DNA from: Methanobacteriota archaeon
GTDB taxonomy: Archaea > Halobacteriota > Bog-38 > Methanoflorentales > Methanoflorentaceae
Assembly (NCBI GenBank): GCA_963720465.1
Contig: OY970393.1
Span: forward strand, 544,001-608,000
Direction of reading: 5' to 3'
Length of the DNA stretch: 64,000 nt
The notes beneath the pieces were generated by a model. That model made no database searches. It was not told the DNA's origin and worked only from the letters and a program-made list of their open reading frames with translations. The first letter of the stretch is position 1. Each line of letters starts with the position of its first letter. The translations under genes were made by a program, and so were the position numbers. This document shows positions 1 to 11,179 of the stretch, piece by piece.

Positions 1-345
1 AGTTACATCATAATCTCCCGCTTGAGTGGTTCGGATCGCGATCTCGTTGCTCGTGTACTTCATCGTCATGTTCTTTGCGACCTTTTACCTGTGCCGGTGC
101 CTCAGGGTTAATTGCGCCCAAACAACTACGCTCGCGTTCACCGCGGCGAGCACAACTTTGAGCTTGCGATAGCGGTGGCGGTGGCTGTGTTCGGCATAAG
201 CTCAGGTCAAGCGTTTACTGCCGTCATCGGGCCGTTGATTGAAGTTCCCGTGCTTATCGGTCTCGTGAACGTAGCGCTCTGGTTTTCTATTTTTTTTCCC
301 ACTGGCGAACCGAAAAGCAGGGGCGCAGAAATTCGCATGCCTTGA
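1..345 (+). pseudogene. acr3: ACR3-family arsenite efflux transporter, 3' end (runs in from window edge), frameshifted
   Basis: Joined frames read VVRIAISLLVYFIVMFFATFY...[52 protein letters not shown], the Acr3 C-terminal motifs. Single-base deletions near 24 and 151. Confidence 0.8.
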
Positions 346-718
346 GCGCGCCCAAGAATTGCACAGAAGCACTCGGAGCGCCACACAGATGGTTAAAGGT
401 ATGGTTGGTGCTCTCAGTAGTTTATCAAGAAAGTGCCTGTACTAAAGCTCCGCCGCTTTTTAGCCCATAAGGGCAATTCGACGGGAGCTTGCGGCCTAAA
501 GAGAGCAGAGCAGGTTTCCACCACAAAAAAAAGACGTGAAGCATATCGCCCCCTTGAGGGGACACCAGCTCCTGCTGAGTGATGCGGCACAGCTATCATT
601 AACATTTTTTTGACTGTTTGAGAGAAACGCCCTAACCTAAAGATAACGATATTGCGACACCGTGTTCAACGAAGGGGGCACCGTCCACCAGGATGGCCAT
701 GTTTTGTGTGCAACTTGA

Positions 719-1480
719 TTACAGGCCTTTCATCAGATTGCGCTGGTGAAAAATGCGGGCGAACAGCACAAAGACAATGCTAAAGCCGATAAGGACGGCT
801 CAACCGAGCAGAAGCGGGATCGCGGCGCTTCCCAGCAAACCGAGGTCAAACCCGTTAACAAGGTACGTTATCGGCGAACAGTACACGGCTACTCTTGCGA
901 CCCCCTGGAGGCTCGCAATCGGCACAAATATGCCGCTGATGAAGATCAGGGGAAACCGGACGAGGCTTGAGAGCATCATAACATTGGAGGGGTTTGTACT
1001 CGCCGGAGACGCGAGGAGCACGCCGAGAGCTGAGAAACAGAACGCGCCTAACAGCAGGCTTATAGCGATCAGGAGAACCCCTGAGAGGCTCACAGAATAG
1101 CCGAACGCCGCTGTTCCCGCGGCTAAGATGATGACGTTGATGATGATGCCGTATAGCATGCCTGCGACAACGTCCCCGAGAATCAGAGTGTTGACGGTCA
1201 CGGGGAAAGAGAGCAGCCGCTCGTAGGTGCCTGCCCGCTTCTCCCACGGGGTGATCAAAGGGCCGACGGATGAGGCGACGAAGAAAACGAACATTGCTGC
1301 AAGTCCAGGGAAGAGGGTGTGAAGGTCAGCGCTCCTGCCGAGGTAGAACGCGAGGAACATGAACAGGGGGAACAGAAAGCCGAACATGAGCACTGGCGGC
1401 TTCGTGTAGTAAATCCGCATGTCCTTCTCCGCGATGAGCGCTATGCTGCGAAGGTAACCACTAAGGGCATCATAGGGCAT
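719..1480 (-). pseudogene. ABC-2 type exporter permease with internal nonsense codon
   Basis: WEKRAGTYERLLSFP and FISGIFVP ABC-2 motifs. In-frame TGA at 800-802 is followed by AVLIGFSIVFVLFARIFHQRNLMKGL* ending at 719. Confidence 0.8.
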
Positions 1481-2428
1481 GCGCTTTGCCCTCCGTCAAG
1501 GAAACGAAGACGTCTTCCAGACTGGCACCTTCGATGCTTAACGCGGTGAAAGAAAGCTTCTCTCTCTCGGCAAGAGCGAAAATGTATTTAGCTAGCGCAT
1601 CGGGGTCATCGGTGTACAAGCGCCACTTGTCGCCCACCTTTTCCGTTCGGTTCACCAAGCCGCTGCGTTCGATCGCACCTATATCTGTGGGTGTATCAAA
1701 TGCGACCTCAACGGACTGAGCCTCTTTAAACGCCGTCTTCAGGCGTTCAGGGGTATCAATAGCAGCAAGCGTTCCGCGGTTGATAATGCCAACCCGGTCG
1801 CACAGAGTATTCGCCTCCTCGATGTTGTGGGTCGTTAAGAACACCGTCGTTCCGCACGGTTCATTTCTCTGATGATGGTGCGAATAAGACGTTGGCTGTG
1901 CACGTCGAGTCCCGAGGTGGGTTCGTCGAGGAAGAGCACCTGCGGGATGTGCACGAGCGCACTGGCGATGAGCACGCGCTGTTTCATGCCCTTAGAGAAC
2001 TCCTCGACACGATCGTTTTTTCTCTCAGAGAGTTCAAACTGTTCTAAGAGCTGATCCGTGCGTTCCTCAACCGCCTTCCGACGCATACCGTAGAACCGCC
2101 CCGCGAGAACGACGTTCTGTTTGGCCGTCAAGTCGGTGTACACGTTGCTCATCTCGGGGATGATACCCATTTGCATCTTTGCAGCGATTGGATGCTTTTG
2201 TATGTCAATCCCGCCGATGCGGATCTCCCCAGCATCTGGCGTGAGTATACCCGTGAGCATTCTGATGGTCGTCGTCTTACCGGCACCGTTTGGGCCGAGA
2301 AACCCGAACAGTTCACCTCCGGGAACGCTGAACGAGATATCGTCGACAGCGGTGATAGTGCCGAATCGCTTTGCTAACCCGCTAACTGCGATCACTTCGG
2401 GCCGTTCTTGTTTCATTTCGCTCTCCAA
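1470..2428 (-). pseudogene. ABC exporter ATP-binding subunit (DrrA-like) split by a 1-nt deletion
   Basis: Walker A GPNGAGKTT, signature FSKGMKQR and Walker B LFLDEP in 1835..2428. H-loop FLTTH continues in 1470..1844. Missing G near 1853 (NRA-G-TTVF). Confidence 0.85.
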
Positions 2429-2474
2429 CTAAGTCCGGCGTCCTTAATAAATCTGGCAATGCTTATATATCATT

Positions 2475-2489
2475 GCTGTATATAACAGC
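2475..2489. promoter_or_regulatory. Palindromic operator GCTGT-ATATA-ACAGC over TATA-like elements between divergent ABC and padR genes
   Basis: Perfect 5-bp inverted repeat around a TATA core in an 81-bp divergent intergenic region. PadR binding is inferred. Confidence 0.5.
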
Positions 2490-2509
2490 GGCGTATACTA
2501 AGAAACACC

Positions 2510-2875
2510 ATGTGCAATCAAAGCAACTGCAACTGTTGGCAATATCCAGAGCGAAGCTGGATACAGTTCCTCATCCTCCGAATCCTCTATGAAACCCCCA
2601 CCTATGGATATCAGCTCCTCACCGAGATCGACGAACGGAGCTGCGGCTGTCACAAGCTTGAACCCGGCAGCATCTACACGGCGTTACGACGGATGGAGGA
2701 CAAGGGGTTGCTGGCTTCAACGTGGGAGAAGGGAAATTCCGGCCCTGATAGGAGAGTGTACACGGTGACTGAGAAGGGCTCTGCCTTCCTTGAGGCGGGA
2801 CTGAGCACGATGGTACGGAGAAAACAACTCTTTGACGATTTAATAGGGTTCTACGAACGGCGTTTTAGGCCATAG
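2510..2875 (+). CDS. PadR-family transcriptional regulator with Cys-rich N-terminus
   Basis: YGYQL...PGSIYTALRRME.KGL...RRVYTVTEKG PadR signature. Extra MCNQSNCNC and CGCH motifs. Confidence 0.9.
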   Translation: MCNQSNCNCWQYPERSWIQFLILRILYETPTYGYQLLTEIDERSCGCHKLEPGSIYTALRRMEDKGLLASTWEKGNSGPDRRVYTVTEKGSAFLEAGLSTMVRRKQLFDDLIGFYERRFRP

Positions 2876-2896
2876 TGCAAAGGAGGTGAACGATAC

Positions 2897-3130
2897 ATGT
2901 GCGAACAAAATAGTTGTTCAGTTGAGGATTGCGGTTGTGGCTGCAGCTGCGATTGCAGCTACGGCACGCATCACCATCACGGGCACCACTTGGGTATGGG
3001 AATGAGTATGGAGCCCCCAGTGCCATTGATGGACGTTGGTGAAGAAATCAAAATGCTCGAAGAGTATAGAGACGCCCTCAATACGCATCTCGAAAAAGTC
3101 AACAAGCGGCTTGAGGGGCTAAAGCGCTGA
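2897..3130 (+). CDS. Small Cys/His/Met-rich protein with C-terminal coiled coil (DUF5320-like)
   Basis: GGAGGTG RBS. CSVEDCGCGCSCDC-HHHHGHH-MGMSM followed by EEIKMLEEYRDALNTHLEKVNKRLE. Confidence 0.8.
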   Translation: MCEQNSCSVEDCGCGCSCDCSYGTHHHHGHHLGMGMSMEPPVPLMDVGEEIKMLEEYRDALNTHLEKVNKRLEGLKR

Positions 3131-3235
3131 AACAACGAAACAACCTACCCTCTACGCCACAATAGTCACGGAGCGCTTTGTAATTCTAGAGAGAGCGGCG
3201 GGGTTCGCCGCGATGTGTCTGAATAAGTTGTGCGG

Positions 3236-5671
3236 CTATATCATATCACCGCGCCCTGGACGACCGGGCCGCACTTTATACCCCCGCAATCGCAAGGAGT
3301 TGGCAACAACTGAGACGGAGCTGAACGCCATTGCAGCTGCAGCGAATTCAGGTCGAAGAAACCCTAGCGCGGCAATGGGGATCCCGACTGAGTTGTAAAC
3401 GAGGGCCCACCCGAAGTTTTGCCGAATGGTGCGCATCGTCTTTTTTGAGAGTTGAATACTGGCAACGACGTCCTCAAGATCAGCCTTTATGAGCGTAATG
3501 TCTGAGGCTTCGATTGCGATATCCGTGCCAGTTCCCATGCTAATGCCGATATCTGCCTCGGCTAAAGCCGCCGCGTCGTTGATGCCGTCGCCTACCATTG
3601 CTACCTTGTGACCCCCTTCCCTGAGCGAGGCTATTTCCGCTACTTTGCCTGCAGGAAGAACCTCGTACCGCACAGTGCCGATTCCAATCCGTTTTGCTAC
3701 GGCAAGGGCCGACGTCTGATTGTCCCCAGTCACCATCGCCGTTTTAATTCCCATGTCCTGCAATTCAGCGACGACTCCTGAGGCCTCATCTCGTACGGTA
3801 TCAGCAAGTGCGATGCCGCCTTCCAGTGTGTGGTCAACCGCGAGTAGCATGACCGTCTTCCCTTCAGCCTCAAGTTCCCGAATTGTCGGTTCGAGGGTAA
3901 CGTCCACGCCGTGGGCGCTCATGAGCATTCGGTTGCCAAGGAGCACCTGCGTGCCATCCACTGAGGCGATGACCCCTTCACCCATAACTGCTCTAAACTC
4001 CCGTGGTTCCGTCGTCTCGATGTGTTCATCACGGGCGCGCCGAATCACGGCCTGCGCGAGGGGATGTTCAGACCCCCGTTCCGCACTTGCGGCGAGGCGG
4101 AGGATGTCTGTCTCGGTGAGGGGAACGTCGTGAGCATCGCTGATAGCGACATCAGTTACTACAAGCTCCGCCTTCGTGAGCGTTCCTGTCTTGTCAAACA
4201 CGATGGTGTCGATGTGCTCAGCGCTCTCGAGGTACTCACCACCTTTGATGAGGATGCCGTTCTCAGCACCCAGCCCCGTGCCAACCATCACCGCAGTGGG
4301 CGTTGCGAGGCCCAGGGCACACGGACAGGCAATGACAAGCACCGAAACCGTGCGCAAAAGAGCAAGGTTGAACGGAATTCCGACGAACGTCGCCGCTGCA
4401 AGGGTGAGAAGCGCTGCAGCCACCACGCCCGGAACGAAGTAGTTTGAGGCCCTGTCTGCAAATCGCTGAATGGGAGCTTTTGACGTTTGCGCCATCTCGA
4501 CGAGGCGAATAATCTGCGCAAGCGCCGTTCCCGCCCCGACTTTTGTCGCACGAACCTTCAGGAGCCCCTCGCGGTTGATCGTGGCCCCGATCACCTCATC
4601 TCCGGGCTGCTTATCAGCCGGGACAGATTCTCCGGTCAACATGGACTCGTCAATCGCAGCGTGCCCATCGATAATGATGCCGTCAACGGGTATTTTCTCG
4701 CCGGGGCGTACAATGACGACGTCTCCGATTTGGACATCATCTGCCGGTATGCGCGCCTCTACTCCATCCTTAACCACGTTGGCAAATTCAGGCTTCAGAT
4801 GCAACAGCTTTCGGATGGCTTCGGATGTCCCGCCCTTGGCGCGCGCCTCAAGGTAGCGGCCAAGAAGAACGAATGCAAAAATGAAGACCGACGTATCGTA
4901 GTAGGTGTCGCCGGGGATGATGAACGTTGCCGCCACGCTGTACGCGAAGGCCGCGAGCGTTCCCATGGAGATGAGGACGTCCATGTTCGCCCCCCTGTGC
5001 GCAATGGAGATGACTGCCCGTCGGTAAAAGCCATAGCCGATAATGACCATCACCGGGACGGTGACGGCAAACTGGAACACGGGAGCGGCGAAGAATGCTG
5101 GAATAATAGGGACGTAAGGCGCGAGAATTCCCAACAGAAGGGGGATCCCGAAGATAACGGTAAAGATGAACTGATTGCGATAGTGCGTTATCTCACGTTC
5201 TCGAAACGCCTTCTCCCGGTCGACCAGTTCAGCCTCTGCGCCGAAGGGCGGAGCTTCTATAACGTCATATCCCGTGCTTCGGATCGTCTGAATAATCTTT
5301 TCCAACGTCACGATCGACGGATCGTAATCGATGACCGCTTGGGCAGTCACGGGGTTGATGCTCTGATCAATTACACCCTGGACGTCCTTAAGCGCGTTTT
5401 CGATGGTTGTAATACAAGCAACACACACAATGTCCGCGATTTCAAGCTCCGCTCGTTCTATGTCGACGTCATACCCCACATCTCGTATCGCCTCCACAAG
5501 CTGCTTCGGGGCTATCTGCTTCGGATCATACGTCACCGTTGCGCGCTCTAAAGCAAAGTTGACGTTCGCCTTCGTGACCCCCTCTTGGTCCGAGAGTTGC
5601 TTCTCAATGGTAAGCGCGCACATCGTGCACGTCATGCCGAGTACTTTAAAAGTTATGGTGGTTTCAGCCAT
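3236..5671 (-). CDS. copA: Cu(I)-translocating P1B-type ATPase
   Basis: Two HMA domains (CTMC, CVAC), TGES, CPC, DKTGT, SEHP, GDGIND and YN/MAFSS transmembrane motifs. Confidence 0.95.
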   Translation of the reverse strand: MAETTITFKVLGMTCTMCALTIEKQLSDQEGVTKANVNFALERATVTYDPKQIAPKQLVEAIRDVGYDVDIERAELEIADIVCVACITTIENALKDVQGVIDQSINPVTAQAVIDYDPSIVTLEKIIQTIRSTGYDVIEAPPFGAEAELVDREKAFREREITHYRNQFIFTVIFGIPLLLGILAPYVPIIPAFFAAPVFQFAVTVPVMVIIGYGFYRRAVISIAHRGANMDVLISMGTLAAFAYSVAATFIIPGDTYYDTSVFIFAFVLLGRYLEARAKGGTSEAIRKLLHLKPEFANVVKDGVEARIPADDVQIGDVVIVRPGEKIPVDGIIIDGHAAIDESMLTGESVPADKQPGDEVIGATINREGLLKVRATKVGAGTALAQIIRLVEMAQTSKAPIQRFADRASNYFVPGVVAAALLTLAAATFVGIPFNLALLRTVSVLVIACPCALGLATPTAVMVGTGLGAENGILIKGGEYLESAEHIDTIVFDKTGTLTKAELVVTDVAISDAHDVPLTETDILRLAASAERGSEHPLAQAVIRRARDEHIETTEPREFRAVMGEGVIASVDGTQVLLGNRMLMSAHGVDVTLEPTIRELEAEGKTVMLLAVDHTLEGGIALADTVRDEASGVVAELQDMGIKTAMVTGDNQTSALAVAKRIGIGTVRYEVLPAGKVAEIASLREGGHKVAMVGDGINDAAALAEADIGISMGTGTDIAIEASDITLIKADLEDVVASIQLSKKTMRTIRQNFGWALVYNSVGIPIAALGFLRPEFAAAAMAFSSVSVVANSLRLRGYKVRPGRPGRGDMI

Positions 5672-5832
5672 ACGTAGATCGTTTATTTTAGGTGTAGCCC
5701 GTCACGATTTGCAATTATCGTCAACACGCTTTATTGCTTTTATCACTTTTTCACTCGAAAAACGTTTCACGCAGCGTGTGAGACTTGCCGCGTTCTTCCA
5801 TCCCAAAACCATTTGTACGTGTCATCCTCGAT

Positions 5833-6000
5833 CTACGAGTTGCGCAAATTTTCCGATGGTTTGATGGCGGCAGTTCGCCTTGCCAACAAGTACGAGACAA
5901 GCAAAGAGACGGCAAACACAAGGACAAAGTACCCTCCGATGGTCGTTGGCGAAAGGGCAAGCGGGATACTGGCTGTTAAGCAAATAAGCCAAACCGTTTT
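5833..6000 (-). pseudogene. C-terminal fragment of an FtsX/MacB-like ABC permease
   Basis: VFAVSLLVSYLLARRTAAIKPSENLR resembles the S.LPARRA..I.P.EALR permease terminus. No N-terminal part. Confidence 0.5.
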
Positions 6001-6110
6001 TTGCTCTCCTAATTGCGGGCCGCGACTGTAGCGGGCCAATCGCCTGCGACCGATACGTCCGCTGAGTTAGTGTATTAAACGTTAAGAACACAAGGTACCG
6101 CGAGGTAAAA

Positions 6111-6251
6111 ATGCCAAAAGATCCCGTTTGCAACATGGACGTAGATGAAACGACGGCGAAGTACTTCAGCGAATACAAGGGCAAGAAGTATTTTTTTTGC
6201 GCTCCTGGCTGCAAGGCGATGTTCGACAGAGATCCGGAGAAATTCGCTTAA
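6111..6251 (+). CDS. YHS/TRASH-domain small metal-binding protein (46 aa, below ORF-track cutoff)
   Basis: Hand translation: MPKDPVCNMDVDETTAKYFSEYKGKKYFFCAPGCKAMFDRDPEKFA. DPVC...YFFC..GC motif, GAGGT RBS, divergent from copA. Confidence 0.9.
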   Translation: MPKDPVCNMDVDETTAKYFSEYKGKKYFFCAPGCKAMFDRDPEKFA

Positions 6252-6420
6252 GCCCCGGATCGTGCCAAACTACCGAACTGCCAGTCGCGCTTTTTTTGAC
6301 GAGAATCTGCCAAAAGCTAACATCATCTATCTGCTGATTCGACGGACCTAAGACTTATGCAAGCGAGATTGGCACCTGCGGAGCGATAAAAGAATGGATA
6401 GGAGGTGAGGGCCCACTCTT

Positions 6421-7117
6421 TCATGTGGCAGTACCTTGAACATCATCCGGGCCGCCACTGCCCATGTGCTCCTGCATCTCTTGCTGCATGCTAGTGAGCG
6501 CAGCGTTAGTCAGCTGGTAACCCATGTACGGCCCCATGCCATCACCGTTTCCGCTGTACGTGTGCATATCGTTCCACATGTCCTGCCACATGTTTTGCTG
6601 GTACGGCGCTTGCCCGACAGCACCGCCTGTGATGACCATCATATAGTTCGGCATGAGCGGCGAGGCACCATATTCCACGGCTGCTCCGTGTCGTGCACTC
6701 GCGTTAAACCCTGACCACGCGGTCGCGTTCTGCTGTACTACAGCATACCCTTGCCCGGTGAACATGGTTCTCAACGACAGGAACTGTGCCTGCGCAGCTT
6801 GTGTATTGTTCCACGCTTGAACGCTCACGGTATAGGTGCCGTTGTTATCGCGCACCGTGCCGTTATACATAGCTACACCTGCTTGTGAGCCAGTTTGTAG
6901 TGAAAACGGCGTCACCACGGTAAAGTTCAGCCGTTGCATCGTGGTCGTAATGTACTGGCTCACGTTTTGTAGTGCAGCCGTCGTTGTGGTTGTTGCCGTA
7001 GCGCTAGTGCTAGGCGTGGGCGTTGGTGAAGACGTCGTAGGGCTCGTACACCCCGCAGCGAGAACAGCTGCGAGGATCACTACCGCTAACGTCCCTGCTA
7101 AAAACGATTTTTTTCAT
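6421..7117 (-). CDS. Lipoprotein with Thr-rich linker and Met/His-rich C-terminus; +1 slip in an A7 tract after the ATG
   Basis: ATG at 7117 followed by A7. With A6 it reads MKKSFLAGTLAVVILAAVLAAGC (lipobox). C-terminus QQNMWQDMWNDMH...MQQEMQEHMG. Confidence 0.7.
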
Positions 7118-7247
7118 GGTAAGCCCTCTTCACAATTCGTGTCTATGCTAGTAAAGCATAGCCGCAGCTTTAGATATTGGGAGCGTCAGAGCGTTATCCG
7201 CAGCCCGTCCGCCGCGATACGAGCGGAAGTTATACGTTAAGCAGCCC

Positions 7248-8008
7248 TTACCGCTGAGGATTGCCTTCACCACGTCACCCGCTTTCAAGGCGTAGTTTCC
7301 AAATCGAAAAGCGTTCCCTGCAATCTTTGGGTCATTTGAATAGACGATCAATCCTAGCTTCACATTGTTCCCTCCTTGTATCCCAGGAATGACGGCAAAC
7401 CCTCCCTGCCCGTGCCCCTCTTTGACCGGATCGACGGCCGTCATCTCTTCGGGAAATGCGAAGAGCGTTTGACACGTTCGTACCGCGCCGAATCCCGCCG
7501 TTTGCAACCACGCGATCACCTGCGTTACTGAGTAAAAACGTGCGTGTCGATAAAACGTACTCTCGCCCTTTTTCGCTTCGTAGGACTTCCCGACGGGGCT
7601 GTCCTTGTCAATCATCCCTATTACGATGCACCCTCTGGGTTTCAGAACTCTCTTCGCTTCTCGAAGAGCCTGCACTGGGTCGATAAGAAAACAGAGCGTG
7701 GTTACCATCGCGACAAAATCGAACGACTCATTGTCGAACGGCAGTACTTCCGCTCCCGTTTCATACACACGTATTCCGCGTTGCCGAGCTATCGATGCCA
7801 TAGCGTGCGCCGGTTCCACCCCGACTTTGATGCCAACGTGAGAAGCAAAGCGTCCAGTGCCGACGCCCACCTCAAGCCCTTTGCCACCCTGTGGGAGAAG
7901 GCTTCGGACTGCTAACACTTCTGACTCGTAGGCATAGGTGTGAGTCTCAAACCACCGATCGTATTCAAGAGCATGCTTCTCAAAAACGCGGATGTTATGA
8001 TCTCGCAT
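7248..8008 (-). CDS. Class I SAM methyltransferase, frameshift-fused to a truncated DsrE-family fragment (7248..7363)
   Basis: LEVGVGTGRF motif I and LPFDNESFD. Tail VKLGLIVYSNDP...GNYALKAGD...LSGKG matches the N-terminus of the DsrE gene at 20426..20746. Confidence 0.8.
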
Positions 8009-8064
8009 AAGCTACATCTTTACATTAATGCTCAGATTAATTATAACGCATAGCGGCCCCCCCT

Positions 8065-8316
8065 TTGGGAAGGCGTGTCCATGGAATAGACATCAGCATC
8101 ATAGCGCACGATCTCCTGTGGAGGCGTATGTCGATCGGAAGGAAACAGGAATACGTTAAGAGTTGGGGTGCTCTCAGAGATAAGATCGTGGAGGAGGAGA
8201 CGGCACGTCTGATTGATGACGGATATGCCATTCTTCACGACAACGATCTTGAGTTAACGTCAGAGGGCAATGCCCTCTACAAGAGAATGACAAGCCGGTG
8301 CCCCAAGACGGAGTAG
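8065..8316 (+). CDS. Hypothetical protein, possible winged-helix C-terminus; start uncertain
   Basis: LIDDGY...LELTSEG..LY pattern. Lies 4 nt upstream of the next gene. Confidence 0.4.
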   Translation: MGRRVHGIDISIIAHDLLWRRMSIGRKQEYVKSWGALRDKIVEEETARLIDDGYAILHDNDLELTSEGNALYKRMTSRCPKTE

Positions 8317-8320
8317 TGCA

Positions 8321-8614
8321 ATGAAAGCGTACGACGTGAAGACGTTGAGACCGTGCAGAAGTGGAGGGATAATCGTAGAGGGACATTTCAGAAGGAAGTT
8401 CTCCATGCACGAGTTATGTTCATTATTAATGGGTGTAGCAAAGTGCTCGGAAACACTAGGGGTCGCACGGTTTTCCCACGAAGGGTGTGACATCACGATC
8501 TACAGAAACGGGCGAGTTGACGTGCACGGGGTTACTTCTGAAGAAGAGGCAATTGAATTTATCAACGACATAAAACTCATTGTCGAAGATGCTTTTGTTG
8601 ATCAGTTCATCTAG
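8321..8614 (+). CDS. Small Cys-containing protein with a TBP-like fold motif
   Basis: ITIYRNGRVDVHGVTSEEEAIEFI resembles the TBP-repeat motif (IF.SGK+.I.G..SEEEA). N-terminal RPC. Confidence 0.6.
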   Translation: MKAYDVKTLRPCRSGGIIVEGHFRRKFSMHELCSLLMGVAKCSETLGVARFSHEGCDITIYRNGRVDVHGVTSEEEAIEFINDIKLIVEDAFVDQFI

Positions 8615-8779
8615 ACCAGTGTTTCAACGAGTTCAACTGCATCCCGGACAAACGCCGGACATCGTGCCACGACGACTTTGCTCTTTTTTGCCTCAGCAAC
8701 CTGTTGCGGGTCTGACAGGTTATATTCGAGCAGTCTTGTGCATTCTATTGAGCCATTGCGGACAAACCCGCACCCGTGC

Positions 8780-9244
8780 GCCATGTATTGCGCAGTGACA
8801 GTTCGCTGAAGCGCCACCCGTCGTAGGTGCGCCACTGCCAGCACATGGAATACCCCTCCGGCGACGAAGTGAGTTTGAAGTGAATTGGGGTCGCTCTCCT
8901 CGTTGGACCATAAATGCATTGCCGTCAGGTTTGCCCGCAGCCGCGCAGCGTCGCCGTCGAAATCGATGACGTGGTCGGTGATGATGTGGTGGGTCGCGCG
9001 AAAGCGGGCGAAACTTTTGTTCTGACCATTGAGAATGGCCTCTCGGCCTGCGAGCGCCACACCATTGGGACGAACTAGGCGGCCATTGGTCGTGAACGTT
9101 GCGTCCACTGTCGCGGTCGAGGCGCTTACCGTCAATCGCGCTAAAATAGCGGCTCAGCAAATCGACGATCTTCGCGCGTTCAGCAAACACAGTTGCGTCT
9201 GTGGTCGTGGTTTGTTTTTGTTGCTTTACTACTTCTTCATTCAT
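8780..9244 (-). pseudogene. SnoaL/NTF2-like protein, frameshifted
   Basis: ERAKIVDLLSRYFSAIDGKR joins by frameshift to ATFTTNG...GREAI...THHIITDHVIDFDGDAA (SnoaL_4 pattern). A second shift lies near 8830. Confidence 0.7.
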
Positions 9245-10233
9245 TGTAATTCTCCTGGATTCCCCAAAGAATTATGGAAAAAGTCCTTAACCGTTCCATG
9301 GGCAAAGGCCGCCTCACCGGCTCATTCTTGTTCTTTGGTCTTCCTCTTTGAGCTCCTTCTTTTGAGCGTCAGCCAGGAACCATTGATAATCTGTCTTCTA
9401 TTTCAAACCCCCTTTTTTGTGGAGTTAGTGACCGTTACCCACTTTCGCTATACTTTTTCGCGATTTGATGCACTTTTGATGCACTTTGCTCAACTCATCG
9501 CCTTAATCGTCGACCTGCGAACGCGAAGAGTCAGAATACCGCTGGGTTTTATTTACCAGTTTTAACCGGACTCGCCTCATTGCCGCTCGTTTTATGGAAG
9601 CTTTCAATGATAGTCTCACCGTCTATCACCACCCAAATTGAATCAGATTCAGCCTCGACATTCTACGCCAGCCGTATAACGGGCTATGAGTCACGATAAA
9701 TGCTGCGGCAAATACGAAAAGCTATTCGCGGCGCTGGTGCATTTGCACTTGTATCCTCTTGATAATCCGTCGGAGCTGCTGACGTGCGCGGTCCGGAAGC
9801 CGGCTATCGTGCAGCGGTCTCGCAGCTATTAATAGACTGGCCAACTGGTCGAGCACTTCCTAAAAAGTTTTTCGGCATATATCTCTGCAAAATCGCTTTT
9901 GTAGTCCGCGATTTCAAGGATGAGTTCGTCGACCTCTACACAATCACGGTTCATAGGGCAAAATGGTAGGTCTATCTGGGTAATTGTTAGCTAAAAATAG
10001 AGCGAAAGTATGGTAAAATTCAGAGGGACTTCGTGCACGACGTTTTTAAGGCTGTCACCATCGGAGGTTTGCGTCAGCTTTTAAACGGAAGCCTCTGCGC
10101 CCGTTGATTGCCGATTTGCTTTAATCTCCTGTGCGCTGTCAGATCGAAAAATCAAGGACGTATCGCAGTAAGTAGAGGCGTCCATATAGCTATGTCAATA
10201 TATAGGTAACTTCGCTGTAATCATGGTGATTTT

Positions 10234-10788
10234 ATGGATGATGAGTGGAAATTGCTGATAAGCGAAGCAACGGACGAAATCAAGGAGCTACCCGCAGAAA
10301 AAGCAGTCAAAGAAAATAAATTAGAAGAAGACAGCGCGCAAGTCGAGATTATGTTGCGCAAGGTCATCATTCCTACGCTTAAGGAGCTAAAAGTAGAACT
10401 GGATAAACACAACACACCAGCACGCGTTACCAGTATTGAGAATACCTTTCCAGACTGGACTCATTATAGCGCATCGATCACTGTTGACCTCTCCGGCTTG
10501 TTACGTGACTTTATTAAAAACAAGGCACCTTCTGCACCTTATCCAGAGTTTTTCTATGAAATTGGTATAGAAGCGACTCCTTACAAGATTTTGTATAATA
10601 ACAAGTGCTACATCACAGATACAAAGGGCCGAAGCCGCGAACTGAGCCACATTAAAAGCCCCCTTCCAACTACTTTCGATCTGACAAACGATAGCACCGA
10701 TTTGACAAGCGATAATATAAAGTGGGACTTTGGACTCAGATACAAAGAGTCTGTAGATTTCTTGAGAACCACCGAAGTATATGGATAG
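10234..10788 (+). CDS. Hypothetical protein (AT-rich)
   Basis: 184-aa ORF with GGTGA RBS and upstream TATA-like sequence. No recognisable motif. Confidence 0.6.
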   Translation: MDDEWKLLISEATDEIKELPAEKAVKENKLEEDSAQVEIMLRKVIIPTLKELKVELDKHNTPARVTSIENTFPDWTHYSASITVDLSGLLRDFIKNKAPSAPYPEFFYEIGIEATPYKILYNNKCYITDTKGRSRELSHIKSPLPTTFDLTNDSTDLTSDNIKWDFGLRYKESVDFLRTTEVYG

Positions 10789-11179
10789 ATCCGGCCGAGC
10801 CCCATCGTTCTTTTTGCAATCGGACGCGAGAATTATGGCCGACGATGAGCGCGACGTCGACATTAAGAACGTTATCACCATAACTGCAACCGGAGGGGAG
10901 ACAATACACGAGGAGGGTGAGAGTTACACCGTGCCTAAAACGTGGCTCATGTCACTCGTGAAAAGCCTGATGGCTAAAAGCGTTTTGAAGATAAACAAGA
11001 ACCTCAAAGACGCTCCGGCGCTCATACACGAGCTTGACGTTTTTATGGTCAAACGAAGCTCAGACGCTAGAAGGCTGAAATTTGAGGCAGCTCCGAGCGC
11101 CAATGACGACCTCGTTTCTGCATTGTGTCTTGCTTGCTTCCTGGCCAGACCGAGGCAGCGCCACTTGATAGGCGACTGA
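10781..11179 (+). pseudogene. C-terminal nuclease-domain fragment resembling a viral terminase large subunit
   Basis: TGG...VPK..L.S...LKI...L..EL..F..K...NDDLVSALCLA matches the terminase C-terminal DD-x-x-x-A-L pattern. No ATPase domain. Confidence 0.55.

Noticed and set aside
800-802. In-frame TGA codons (800-802 and 15910-15912) as selenocysteine or recoding
   Set aside because: Neither position is a plausible catalytic Cys, both lie in decaying loci, many core genes here stop at TGA, and no SECIS-like element was seen.
7148-8008. Novel methyltransferase-DsrE fusion protein
   Set aside because: Comparison with 20426-21127 shows a one-base insertion near 7385 and a truncated dsrE, so it is a decay product.
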